Shown here in pieces: positions 13,791-25,730 of a stretch of 64,000 bases of DNA. A program made the position numbers and the translations under genes. This DNA comes from Mobula hypostoma (lineage: Eukaryota): assembly GCF_963921235.1 (NCBI RefSeq), contig NC_086097.1, forward strand, positions 141,112,001-141,176,000, read 5' to 3'. The notes below the pieces were generated by a model. It was not told where the DNA came from and searched no databases. It saw only the letters and a program-made list of their open reading frames with translations. The first letter of the stretch is position 1; each line of letters begins with the position of its first letter.

Positions 13791-14559
13791 TAATCCTGCA
13801 CCTGTGTCTTATCGACTTACGGCTGGGAGAGCGATTTCAGTCGGAGCATGTACCCAGGAAGTTTCCGAATCGATTAACCTAACCTGTCCTAAAGGAGTTA
13901 CCAGAAGAAAAATTGTAACGAATGAGTTGATTTAAGGAGAAGGTTTACATCTAGGACTTGCTTAGTTATGGCACTTGGAGGTTTACAGCGACAGGAAAGA
14001 GGGTCCTGGGCGTTCAATAAATAACGTGAACTGACCAGGCACCGCGGTAGCGTAGCGATTAGCGCGACGCAATTACAGCTCCGGGTTGTAAATTGTTCCG
14101 TGATTAGGTTAGAGTTAATACCGTTTGTCGGGGGTGACTGGGCCTACCTCGCGGTGTATCGCTAAAGAAACAAATAGATATCGTGCATTCAAATTTCCCA
14201 ACGGAAGCTGATGTAAGTTAATATCTACTGAGACTTTCTGCCCAGTTAGCATCATTAAAACCACGTTAATTGGGGAAGATTGACAGAATCACAGACATGG
14301 TGCAGATGGCATTCCGTTCATCAAACATCCCACCCAAAGGAAGGGGAGAAGTCAGCGTGAGAAGTCCTTCAGCATCTGAAAATTTCTCCTGTTTACTGGT
14401 TAGTAGGTTAATTGATCACATTGATGGAATTGGATGGCCCGGACTTGTTGGCCCCGAAAGGCATGGTATCCTGACGGATTTCTTCATGTTAAGCGAGAGC
14501 AAGTTCGAAACCCCAAAAAATCGTCTAATGAACTGCTGTGCAATTCTAACAAAATCTCA

Positions 14560-14718
14560 TTTTATGCAGAGGAAATAATAGTGTCGTTTTCAAATGGAGT
14601 TGGAAGGCGTGGTCTGTGACACGTTGAGAGAAAGTGGGACGTGAAGCGTGCTGTTATTTATAACTAGCCAGACCACGTCTAAATTGGTGTCAAATACAGT
14701 AACAACTCGACAAACACC
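14560..14718 (+). promoter_or_regulatory. Putative V1 core promoter
   Basis: TATTTATAA at 14655-14663, 64 nt before the ATG (same spacing in all four Vs). ETS-like GAGGAA at 14569-14574, plus ACGT-core motifs GGGACGTGA and CCACGTCT. The block is conserved in all paralogs; factor assignments are inference. Confidence 0.55.
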
Positions 14719-15142
14719 ATGCGGCTGGGTTGCGTGGCTTTTGTGATACTTTTCCTCCGTTAGTTGATTGATTTTCATCCATTTCCTCTCTATTTGTTTC
14801 AGTCTTTTAAACATTTTATGATTTTGATTTCTGTTTCCTCAGGCAGATGTCTCGGTGATGAATTGGAACAGTCACCCATGTCCATCACCGAAAATGAGGG
14901 CAAAATTGCTAGAATGAAGTGCGATCTGGGAAAAGTGAACACGGACTATATCCACTGGTACCGGCAGCCAGATGGGCAACGCCCAGTCAGGATCCTCTAT
15001 TTCAATAATGGGGGCAACGTACGCGACGATGGATTTGATAACCGATTTACAGTGGGCAATGATCGACAAAAGCAGTATTCTCTAACTGTGACCCGTCTCG
15101 AGAAAGGGGATTCCGGCACCTATTACTGTGCCTATTGGGACC
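14719..15142 (+). CDS. TRGV: V1: antigen-receptor V gene segment, probably TCR gamma V. Leader exon 14719-14758, intron 14759-14842, V exon 14843-15142; open frame.
   Basis: ACC-ATG leader MRLGCVAFVILFL, donor C|GTTAGT, acceptor TTCCTCAG|GC (phase 1). Ig V domain DELEQSP...C...IHWYRQ...L...DSGTYYCAYWD followed directly by an RSS. YYCAxWD is the typical TRGV ending; the chain assignment rests on motif recognition only. Confidence 0.88.
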
Positions 15143-15181
15143 CACAGAATTAAACTGCAACCGGCGCCGATGACGAAAACT
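15143..15181 (+). other. 23-bp-spacer recombination signal sequence of V1
   Basis: Heptamer CACAGAA (15143-15149), 23-nt spacer, nonamer ACGAAAACT (15173-15181). Confidence 0.9.
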
Positions 15182-15689
15182 CTTCCTCAGCGTAGAGGTC
15201 ACACGAATCATTTCCGACTCAGCGAATTCGCAGCTTATGCAGTAAATGCCATCACCTTTCCAAGATAAAGAATTCTATCCATTTCTGCGAAAGTTACCCG
15301 ATGAGCCTTATCGACAGTCTATTCATTTACACCCGTCGCTCGAGAACAGTGAATTGCGAGAATATTTCCGCAGAGAGTCCAAACTAGAGACGATAGATTT
15401 AAAGTGAGAGGGGAAAGATCTATAAGAGACCTGTGTGGTAGGTTCTTCAGGAAAAAGGCGGTAGTTACAGGCAACAAGCTGCGAGAGGAAGTGTTAGAGG
15501 CAGAAACCATCGTGAGATTTAAAAGTCATTTGGGCATCTACGTGGATAAGAAAGGTTCAGAGAAATACGGGTTAAATGCAGGTGCTCAGTAAGGACGAGT
15601 TAGGCTGATCTCTCTAACTAACATCCTCCAATCCCAGACACATACTTGTCAATCTTTGCTGCATCCTCTCTCGTTCAATCACACACAAA

Positions 15690-17740
15690 TAATTAAGCAA
15701 AAAATACTGAGGAAATGAGGTGAAAGTCCGTGAAAGTGAGCCCATATGTTGTGGGAACATTTCAGTGATGTGGCAAGTGAAGATATACCATTTGGTTCAA
15801 GAGCCTGATTGTGGAGGGATAATACCTGTTCCTGAGCCTGGTGGTGTGAGTTCTGAGGCTCCTGTACGTACTTCCTGATGGGAACCAGTAATGTGGCGGG
15901 GTCGGTGGGGGAATGGGGGCATCTCTGATTACAGATGTTTCTGTCCTATGACAACGTGCCGTGTAGATGTTCATAATGGTGGCGAAGTCTTTACCCATGA
16001 TGGATTAAGCCATATCCACTAGTTTTTGAAGGCTTTACATTCAAGAGCACTGGTGGTTCTATACCATGCTGTGATGCAGCCAGTCAATACATTCTCCACC
16101 ACATATCTATAGTTTGTCAAAGTTTTAGATATCATACCAAAGATGCACAAAATCCTAAGGAATTAGAACCACTGCATGTTTTCTTTATAATTGCCCTCAC
16201 GTGATGGGCCCAAGACAGGTCCTCGGAAATGTTAACACCAAGAAATTTCAAGTTGCTGACCCTCTCCACCTCTAACCGCCAACAAGAATTCGCTCATGGA
16301 CTCCTGATTTCCTCCTCCTGAATTCAATAACCTTCAGGTCTTTCTGTGATTGAATAAGTGGTTGTCAGACTCAGTCAGATTTTCAATCTCCCTCCTATAT
16401 GCTGATTCGTCATAACCTATGAGTTGGCGTATGACAGTGCTGTCATCAGCAATCTTTAATATGGCATTGGAGATGTGCTTAGCTACTTAGTCATGTGCAA
16501 AGTGAGTAGAGCAGTGGAATCAGCACACAGCCTTGTGGTGCACCTGTGCTGATGGAGATTGTGGGGGATATGATGCTGCCAATCTGAACTGACTGGGGTC
16601 TGAAAGTGAAGAAATCGAGGATCTATTTTCACAAGGAGTTATTGAGGCCAAGGTCTTGAAGATTGTTAATTAGTTCTGAGCGGAAGATGGTATTGAGTGC
16701 CAAGCTGTAGCCAACAAAGAGCACGCTAATATATGCATCTTTGCTGTGAAGATGGTCCAGAGTTCAGTAAAGAACCAATGAGATGACATCTGTTGTGGCC
16801 CTCTTGCGCCGGTAGGCAAATTGGAGCAGACCCAGGTTGCTTATTAGGAGGAGCTCATGTGTTGAAATATCACGTAAATGTTTACATGTCATGTTAAAAC
16901 ATCACTTCTTAAACCATTTTCTCACCGTGCATGTAAGTGATACTGGACTTCAGTCACTGAGGCAGGTTACCGTGTTCTTCTGAGGCACCAGAATAAGTGA
17001 AATCTGATTGCAGAAGATGGGTACATCAGCCGAAGTGAGAGGTTAAAGGTCAGTGAACAGTACAGCCAGTTGATTAGCACGGGTCTTTAGTACTTGGCCA
17101 GGTGTCATATCTGGGCTGGATGATTTTCATGGCTTCATCTTCCTGAAGATTGCTCGTACATCAGCTTCAGAGACTAAAATCACTTGATCATCTGGCACTG
17201 TGAGTGCTTGTGATGGTTCCTCCATGTTTTGACGGTCAAAGCAAGCACAGAAGGCATTGCGTTCATCTGAAAGTGAGTCTTGTTGTCACCTATGTCATTT
17301 GATTTTACTTCATGAGAGGTGATAGTATTCAAGCCCTGCCACAACTGTAGAGTATTCTTCGCTGATTTAGGTTTAGTCTGGCATTGCCATTTTGCTCATA
17401 AGGAGGCTTTCCAGAGAATGTATCTGGATCTCTTGTAATTTTCTTGGCCACGAGACTTGAATACCTCCAATCTGGCTGTCAGCAAATTGCTGATTTCATG
17501 ATTCATACAAGACTTATGGCAGGAGAAGACTCTAAATGATGTTGTGGGGACATACTCGCTACAACTGTTTGTCTAAAGTACATGATGTAGGTGCCCATTG
17601 AACTACATGGTGTAGGTGTATTTATTTAGGTCCATAGATGTGTCCTTGAAAATGGCCCAGACCACTCGAAGCAATTCCTTATAGCAATAGTCGCTTATCT
17701 ACCTCCCTCATCCACCTCTTTGTTGCCCTAATCTCTGGAG
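15690..17740 (-). mobile_element. Rex1/Babar-like LINE remnant (RT to 3' end)
   Basis: Minus-strand RT-type coding (VENVLTGCITAWY-like) and 3' region matching ORF 15762-15998; shorter paralogs at ~43940-45147 and ~60800-61601. Confidence 0.7.
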
Positions 17741-17895
17741 ATTATATCCAACTCCTTGATTTGCCTCCCTCATAGATTGTTATATCTGGATATTGGCTTT
17801 CAGTGAATAATGTGCAAAGGCATCCTGGGCCCTCTGAACATACACACCTTGCATACTCCCATCATTTGCAAGAAAGCTACTATTAAACGGGATAG

Positions 17896-17992
17896 CAACA
17901 CACATAAAAGTTGCTGGTGAACGCAGCAGGCCAGGCAGCATCTCTAGGAAGAGGTGCAGTCGACGTTTCAGGCCGAGACCCTTCATCAGGAC
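17896..17992 (-). mobile_element. 97-bp Penelope-like pseudo-LTR insertion
   Basis: Near-identical to 40534-40629. 14-bp TSD ATTAAAYGGGATAG (17882-17895 and 17993-18006); absent at the paralogous site ~47685. Confidence 0.85.
17958..17992 (-). ncRNA. Minimal type I hammerhead ribozyme motif
   Basis: Minus strand reads GUC-CUGAUGA-AGG-GUCUCGG-CCU-GAAAC-GUC-GAC(U); core intact, helix I truncated to 3 bp. Confidence 0.65.
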
Positions 17993-18049
17993 ATTAAATG
18001 GGATAGGATGACATCATATTTTCTAACATTTATTCCCTTCAGCAACAAA

Positions 18050-18732
18050 TATTAAAGTGGGATACTACAGTGGAGGTTGGGGGAAGAATGACCTGTCAGT
18101 GCACAGCAGCAGCAGCCAGGCCAGTGGCAGTATGGCCGTCTCTGTGGCTCAGCAGGAAAGGGTAAAATCAGGTACAGAGATAGTGATAGGAGACTCAATA
18201 ATTCAGGAACGAACAAGAGATTTGGTGGCCGTGACAAAGACGCAGAATGGTGTGCTGCCTCCCAGGTGCAAGGATTAAGGAGGTCTCAGAGCAGCTGCAG
18301 AAGAGGTAGGGTAACCAGACAAAGGCCATGGTGCACATTGACACCAATGACATTAGTGAAAATGGGGAATCGATTTTGCACAGTGAGCATAGGGAGTCAG
18401 GGAAGAGGCCACAGAGTATGAGTAATTTCTGGATTGCCCCCAGTTCCACAGGGCAGAAGTAGGATGAATGAGTGGCCGAGCATCTGGTGTAGGGGGCAGG
18501 GTTTCAGATTGTTGGATCATTGGGATCACATATAAGGACGTTATGAATTGTACAAAAGGGATCTGTTAAACCTGAACCCAAAGGGGATCAATATCTTTGC
18601 GAGCAGGTTTGGTAGAGCAGCTAGAGAAACTTTAAACTAATTTGGCAGGGGATTGGGAACAGGAGTGATAGGGCTGAGGATGGGACAGTCGATGAAGTGT
18701 GCAGTGAGACTCAGAGGAAGGACAGGCAGATG
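18050..18732 (+). mobile_element. CR1 ORF1 (SGNH/GDSL esterase-like) remnant
   Basis: IVIGDSII block, VHIxTND-like block and LNPKGINI-like block; paralogs at ~32960-33530 and ~47740-48383. Confidence 0.7.
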
Positions 18733-21700
18733 ATACCGAGGCCAATGCTCTCTCCTGTGTCTGAGGTCAACGCCAATCTAGATCACATTGTTCCTCACAT
18801 ATGCATAGGGATTGATGCCTTAAGGGAGCGGTAAGAAGCTCAGTGTCAGCATTAGATTTCTATTTTGAATGTAGTTAGCAGCCCTAATGGCTTAGCATTT
18901 ATTATTTTCCTTTTCTTTGTACAGTTCTTATTAAATTTCAGTTTACCCAGGGGGTCAGTGTTGAGATTTCTGTTATTAATTATTATGTAAATGATTTGGA
19001 TGTGAATGTAAATGGCATGACGTTCACTATGGCCCCAATATTAGTATCATCCGCTGATCCAGTTTACCAGATTGTTATTTAAATCATTAATATAAGTGAC
19101 CAACATCAATGGATCAAGAACCGATTCCTGCCACACAGCACTAGTCACAGGCCTCCAGGCAGAGAGTCAAACATTAACCACCATTCTGTGGCTTCATCCG
19201 CTAAGCCAACATTGAATCTAACTGATTACCTCATCCTGAATACCAGGTGACTTAATCTTCTTGACGATTCTGCCATGTCGTAATTTGTCAAAGGCTTTTC
19301 TAAAGACCATTGTGTTCCCTTCATCAAACTTCTTGGTAACCTCCTTAAAAAATTTCCATAAATTAGTTAAACATGACTTACCATGCATTAAGCCATATTG
19401 CTCATCTCTTTTCAGGCCCTGTCTATCCAAACACTGGTACTTGTACATCCTACCCATGAAAAAAAAACCTTCCGATAATTTACCCACAACTAATGTCAGT
19501 TTCACCAGGCTCTATTTTCCTGTTTATTCTTAGAACCATTCTTAAATGTTAGCGACCGTCCAGTCCTCCAGTAACTCACACATGGGTAAGGATGTTTTAA
19601 ATATTACTGCCAGGGCCCCTGTAATTTCTGCACTAACCTCCCACAGGGTTAGAGAGGACACTTCATCGGCCCTTTGGGATTTATTCACCCTAAATTTGTC
19701 TCAAGATAGTAAGAACCTCCTCTTCTGTAATCAGAACATGGACCAATTTTGTCCCTTGCTATCCTCTTGCTCTAAGTACCTACAGAACCCTTGGATTCTG
19801 GTTCACCCTGTATGCTGAAGCAACAAATTATCCCTTTTCAACCTTCCTGATCTTTTGCTTGTGTTCTCTGGCATGTCTTACATTCCTCAATTGGCCCGTT
19901 TAACACTAGCTACCGATACCTGATATGTGCTTCCTTTTGTTTACAAGGTCCTCAATATCCCATGATAAATAAGGTTCCTTCAAACTGTCAGCCTTGCTTT
20001 TTATCCGAACAGAAATATACATATTGTATACTCTCAATACTCAATTCTGTTGAAGACCATCCACCTGCCAGTGTCTCTCTGTTAGAAAACAGCCTATCCC
20101 AATCCACACCTGGTAGATTGCTTCTGATGTCATCAAAATTGATTTTCCTCCAGTTTAGAATCTTAACTTGAAAACCAATCCTATCCAATCTCCATAATTA
20201 TTTTGAAGTCTATGGTAATTATGATCACTATATCCAAAGCGTTTCCCTATATTCACTTCTGCCAGCTGCCCTGTCTCATTTCCTAAGAAGAGATCCAATA
20301 TTGTGCTCTCCTTAGCTGGGAACTCTGCAAATTGATAATGATTCTTTCCTGAACACATTGACAAACTCAACTTCATCCAGATCTTTTACAGTATGGTAGT
20401 ACCAGTCAATATGCAGAAACTTAAAATCACCCACTATCTCAACCTAAATACTCGAGATTCTGCAGATGCTGGAAATCCAGAGTAACACATAAAAAATCCT
20501 GGGGGAACTCATGAGGTCAGGTTTTCCAATAAAAAAGAATAAAGAATCAATTCGTCAGGCCAAGACCTTTTATCAGGACCCTTCACGAGTCCTGATGAAG
20601 GGACCTAGCCAAAAACATTGACTGTTTATTCCTTTCTGTAGTTGCTACCTTCCCTGCTGTGTTGGTCTTTCATCTGTATGAGATAAAGTAACAAGCATGC
20701 AACGGTCTGCTATCTCCCTATGAATTTGTTCCTCAAAATCCTGCTGACCATTGGAAGGTCTATCATGTCCCATTAACATGGTCATCCAATTTTTATTCCA
20801 CAGTTTAACGAAAAATGCCTTGGCAGATGAGTCTTCCATATGTCATCCGAGCATTGCTGTGACAATAGCCCTAATGAGTAATGTATGGGTAATCCTTCCC
20901 TTTTAATACTTCCTTCTCTGTCATGTCTAGATCATCAGAATGCCAGAACATTGGGCTGTCAGTCCTGCCCCTCCTGTAACTATGTCTTAATAATGGTTTC
21001 AACATCATAAGTACACGCATGGATCCATGCCCTATGTGTATAAGCCTTACCTACAACCGTCCTTGTCTTGCAATAGAGGCAACTCAGAACATCTATCCAC
21101 CCTGTTCAATCTTGCAGTTTCCATCTCTGCTTAAAAACGAGAAATTCTGCAGGTGCTGGAAATGCAAAGCAACATCCACAAAATCTTTCCTTGTAGTCAC
21201 GACATCTCTTTTTTTTCCACAACCACTTCATTGCTGTCCTGCCACTCTGGATACCATCCCTCTTAAACATTAGTTTGAACACTTCCGAGCAGGATTAGCA
21301 AACCTTCCTGTAAGGATTTCGGTTCCTCTCCAGTTTGGGTGAAAACTGTCCTATTTGCAAGATGCCACCTGCCCTGGAATGGAATTCAGTGATCTAAATA
21401 CTCTGAAGCTACTCCCATTTGCCATCTGCGGAGTCACAACTTAATTGCACTGTCTTCCTTATTTTTTACCTCACTAGCATGGATAGCTTCCTACGATCTC
21501 CATCTTGGAGGTCCTGTCTTTTAACTTCATACCTTATGCCTTCAACTCATTTTGCAAGTCCTCGTCACTTTTCCTGCTTATATCATTGGTATCAATATGT
21601 ACCATGACTTATTACTTCTCACCCTTTCCCTTAAGATGACTATGGGTTCAATTCAAGATATCTCTGATCCTCTGTACCTGGGAGGCAATATACCATCCAA

Positions 21701-24700
21701 GAGTTTTGTTCTTGTCTCTGGTCCTCCTGTCTGTTTCACTAAGTAGTGCTAATCAATGACCTCCATCACTACTACTGGCCTCTTCTTCCTCCCCCACTCA
21801 CCTTCCTTTCTGAACCAAAGAGACATACTGAGTGCTGAGACACTGACCACAGTGGTAGGTCATCTCCCTTAAACTATAAAAAATTACAAAAACTTGTTGA
21901 GGGGAAAGGCCACACGGTTATTCTGCACTGTCTGCTAATACACCTTCCCTATCTTCATGATCACCCAGCAACCTGCTTCCAGCAACACCATCTTTCTGTA
22001 ACTTCTACGAACCCCTCAATTTTCTGAATGATCTGAAGGTCATCTAGCACCAGCTCCAATTCCCTAATACGGTTTGTAAATGTGGATGCACTTATCACAG
22101 GTATAGACATCTCCGTAAAACTTCCACAGCATGCAAGAGAAGCACACCTCTGCTCTAGCTTCTATTCCCACTGATCTCTCTGTATAACAATAAAGAAATA
22201 AGTTAGAAGAACTTAAACTTGTAGAAGTTTATAAAATCATGAGGGGTATAGAGCCTTTTCCCCAGGATTGGAGAGACAAGGCCTAGAGCACACTGAGACA
22301 AGATAACAGGGAAGAGATTTAAAAGAGACCTAAAGGATAATTGCTTTATGCAAAGAATAGTGAGCTGAATGAGGAAGTGGATGAGATGGTGCATTTGTAA
22401 TATTTAAGATGTATTTGCATAGGTAAATGGAAGGAAAGGGCTTGAAGGACTATGACACAAATGCAGCAGCTGGAACTAGCAAGGAGGATGCTGTGGTCAG
22501 CATGGACGATTGGGGTCGAAGGGCCTAGATCCACGCTCTGTTACTCAATGATTCTATGAAATAAAAACATAAAATGCTTAAAATACTCATATGGACAGAT
22601 GGCATCTGTGAAAAGAGAAACAGATAAGGGAGGTCAAAGATAGCATAAAAGCAAAATAGATGGCAGGAAGTCTGCAAAAGGACTTGTACAGATTAGGAGA
22701 ATGGACAAAAAAGTGGCAGATGGAACACAGTGTGGGGAAGTGTATGGCCATGCACTTTGGTAGAAGGAATAAAGGCACAGAATATTCTCTGAAGAGAGGT
22801 AGAATGCAGAAACCAAACGTGCAAGAAGACTTGAGCGTTCTGGTGCAGGATTTCCGAAAGGTTAACTTGCTGTTTGAGTCAGTGGTGGAGAAGACAAATA
22901 CAATGACAGCAATCATTTTGAGCGGTCTAGAATATATTCAGAATAGAATGGGAATCACGTTCAATATCATTGACATAGGTCATGGACCTTGTTGTTTTGC
23001 AACTGCAGTACAGTGCAATATGTAATAAAAACTATAAATTACAATAAGATATATATTATATTGAATAGGTGGATAAAAAGAGAGCAAAGCAAGAAAAAAT
23101 AGTGAGGTAGTACATGTGGATTCATTGTCCATTCAGAAAACTAATAAATAAAATACTGTAATGTTGAGCCTTTATAAGAGATCGGTAGACTATATATGGA
23201 GTATTGTGAGTAATTTTGGCTCCGTATCCGAGAAACAATGTCCTGGCATTGGAGAGGGTCCAGAGGAGGTTTAAGAGAATGGTTCCAGGAATGAAAGGGT
23301 TATCACATAAGGAACGTTTGATGTTACCAGGACTGTTCTCGTTGGAGCCTAGAAGACTAAGGGATATCTCTTTGAAACCTACTGTATAGGTAAAGGCCTG
23401 AACCATGAGAGGACTGTTCAGTAATGGGGGAGTCCCGGACCAAAGGGCACAGACACATAATAGAACATCATTTCAGAACAGAGACGAGGAGGAATTTCTG
23501 AGAATCTGTGAAATTCATTGCCGCAAACGGCCATGGAGGCCCAGTTATTGGGTTTATTGAAGCCGAGGCTGATAGGTATTTGATTAGTTATGGTGTCAAA
23601 GGGAACTCGGAGAAGACAAAGAAATAGTTCTAAAAGGGAAAAGGTAATAGATATGATTAAATGGCCGAGCTGACTCAATGGATCGAATGGCCTAATCCTG
23701 CTCTTGTGTCTTATCGTCTTACGGCTGGGAGAGCGATTGCAGTCGGAGCATGTACGCAGGAAGTTTCGGAATCGATTAACCTAACCTGTCCTAAGAGAGT
23801 TATCGGAAGAAAAATTGTTAATGAATGAGTTGATTTAAGGGGAAGGTTTACGGGAGGTTTGCAACTAGGACTTGGTTAGTTACGTCACTTGGACTTTTAC
23901 AGCGACAGGAAAGAGCGTCCTGGGCATTCGATAGAGGACGTCCACTGCCCAGGCACCGCGGTAGCGCAACGCTAATACAGCTCCGGGTTTTAATTGTTCC
24001 GTGATTAGGTCAGGGTTAATAGGTTTGTCGGGGGTGATTGGGCCTACTTCGTGCTGTATCGCTAAATAAACAAATTAGATATCGTCCTTTCAAATTTCAC
24101 AGCGGAAGCCAATGTAAGTTAATATTTACTGACAGGTTCTGCCCAGTTGGAATAATTAAAACCACATTAATAGGGGAAAGATTAACAGAAAGAGGCTGGC
24201 TCTGCTAGCTGGCTGGGGAGTGATGTTCCTGACTGCAAGGGAGTTGAAAATATCTTACCCAGATTCAGCCTAGTAGTTTGGAAAGGGTTAGTTTGTAGCC
24301 TATGGCTGCAAAAGGGAGCGGAGGGCTGAGATTGAAGGAGGAGGGCGGAAAACTGTGGAATACTCCAGAAGTGAGGGTAGCCAAAAAAGGGGTGCATCAA
24401 GTCAAAGACCCGAAGTAATGGGGGACAACAAATTCAGGAAAATGGGTGAATTGGAGAAATTTTTTATTTCTGTATAAAATTGAAGGTCAGAAGGAAGGAG
24501 AAGGAGGATTTATAGCCCTCAATCCTTTGAAAGTGGCAGCAACATTAGAGAACCAAATAGGTAAAGGATTCCAGGCCAAGATTTTGTCTACGGGATTGCT
24601 GAAAATTTGTTGCAAAGATATTGACCAACATAACAGTGCTAAAATGGTGGGAAAATTGGTTGTGAAAGTGGAGTGTATTACTCCGAAAGAAAGGAAGGGA

Positions 24701-25730
24701 GTTCGGGGTGTAGTGTATGGTATTTAGTCTGACATGACTGAAAAGGAAATTTTGGACAATATTAAAGGTGGTCGAGTGATTGAAGCCAAACGATTAAAGT
24801 CGATAGAAGGCGGTGATTGGGATTCTCCTGTTCTTCTGGTTTTTGCAGGTGATGTTCTTCCAAATAGTCTATCTTGGGTGCATGTCATTTCAATTTAGAG
24901 AGTACATTAGACATCCCTTGCACTGTTCTAATTGCCAGAGATTTGGACACGTTGCTGGTTCATGTCGAGGTAAAAGAAGATGGATGAAATGTGGAGAGCA
25001 TCATTAATAAATGCATAGTTAAAGCATGTAAGGCAGCGGTGCCTAAATGCGGTAACTGTGGAAGGAACCATATAGCGGCTCTCAGAGGATGGGAGTATTT
25101 TAGTGAGGCAAAGCAGATTCAGGCTGTTCGTATCCGATAAAAAATATCATGTGCTGAGGCAGTAAAGAAAATTGATAGAGAGAAAAGATTGGAATGATGG
25201 AGAGTCAGTACATTCCGAGTTCTCCAACTATGGTTCCTTCAGGCATGTTGTTGATGACTAAAGAGTCTTTTTTGGCGTTTGTTGTTGATGTACTGGTCGG
25301 GGCTAAAACTACAACCAAGAGGTCGGATATGATAAAAGTAGTTGTTGGAGCTGCAGAGAGATTCCTTGATATAAAACAGATTTCGCCGGGAAAATTGCAT
25401 GAGTATATGACAGACAAACAATCACTGAATACTTCCCAGTTGTCGGGATCAGAGAGTACGGAGGAGCTTTATGTGGATGAAGAGGCCAATAATTAGCATT
25501 TGGATGGTTTTAATATTACAATGGAATGCAAGAAGTTTATCTTCAGATGGTCAAAAATTAAAAAGATTTGTTGGAACTTTTAAATCAAGCCTGATTTGAT
25601 CTGTATACAGGAGACATAGTTAAAGCCTCATTTAGATTTTGTGATTTCTGGATATGATAGTTTGAGAGCTGACAGAATGGGTAAATCTGGTGGAAGGTGT
25701 GCAACTTTCATACAAACAGGACTTCAGTTT

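Larger units (their letters stand above)
6603..18732 (+). repeat. Tandem duplication unit 1 (contains V1)
   Basis: Same module order as the later units: Gypsy integrase/LTR, CR1 mosaic, V upstream region, V, CR1 3' piece, Rex-Babar, CR1 ORF1 piece. Confidence 0.8.

Noticed and set aside
14764-14842. ORF-track N-termini MIDFHPF... on the V ORFs (also at 32000 and 59806)
   Set aside because: These are read-through of the leader intron; the real start is the upstream ACC-ATG leader exon with canonical GT-AG splicing.
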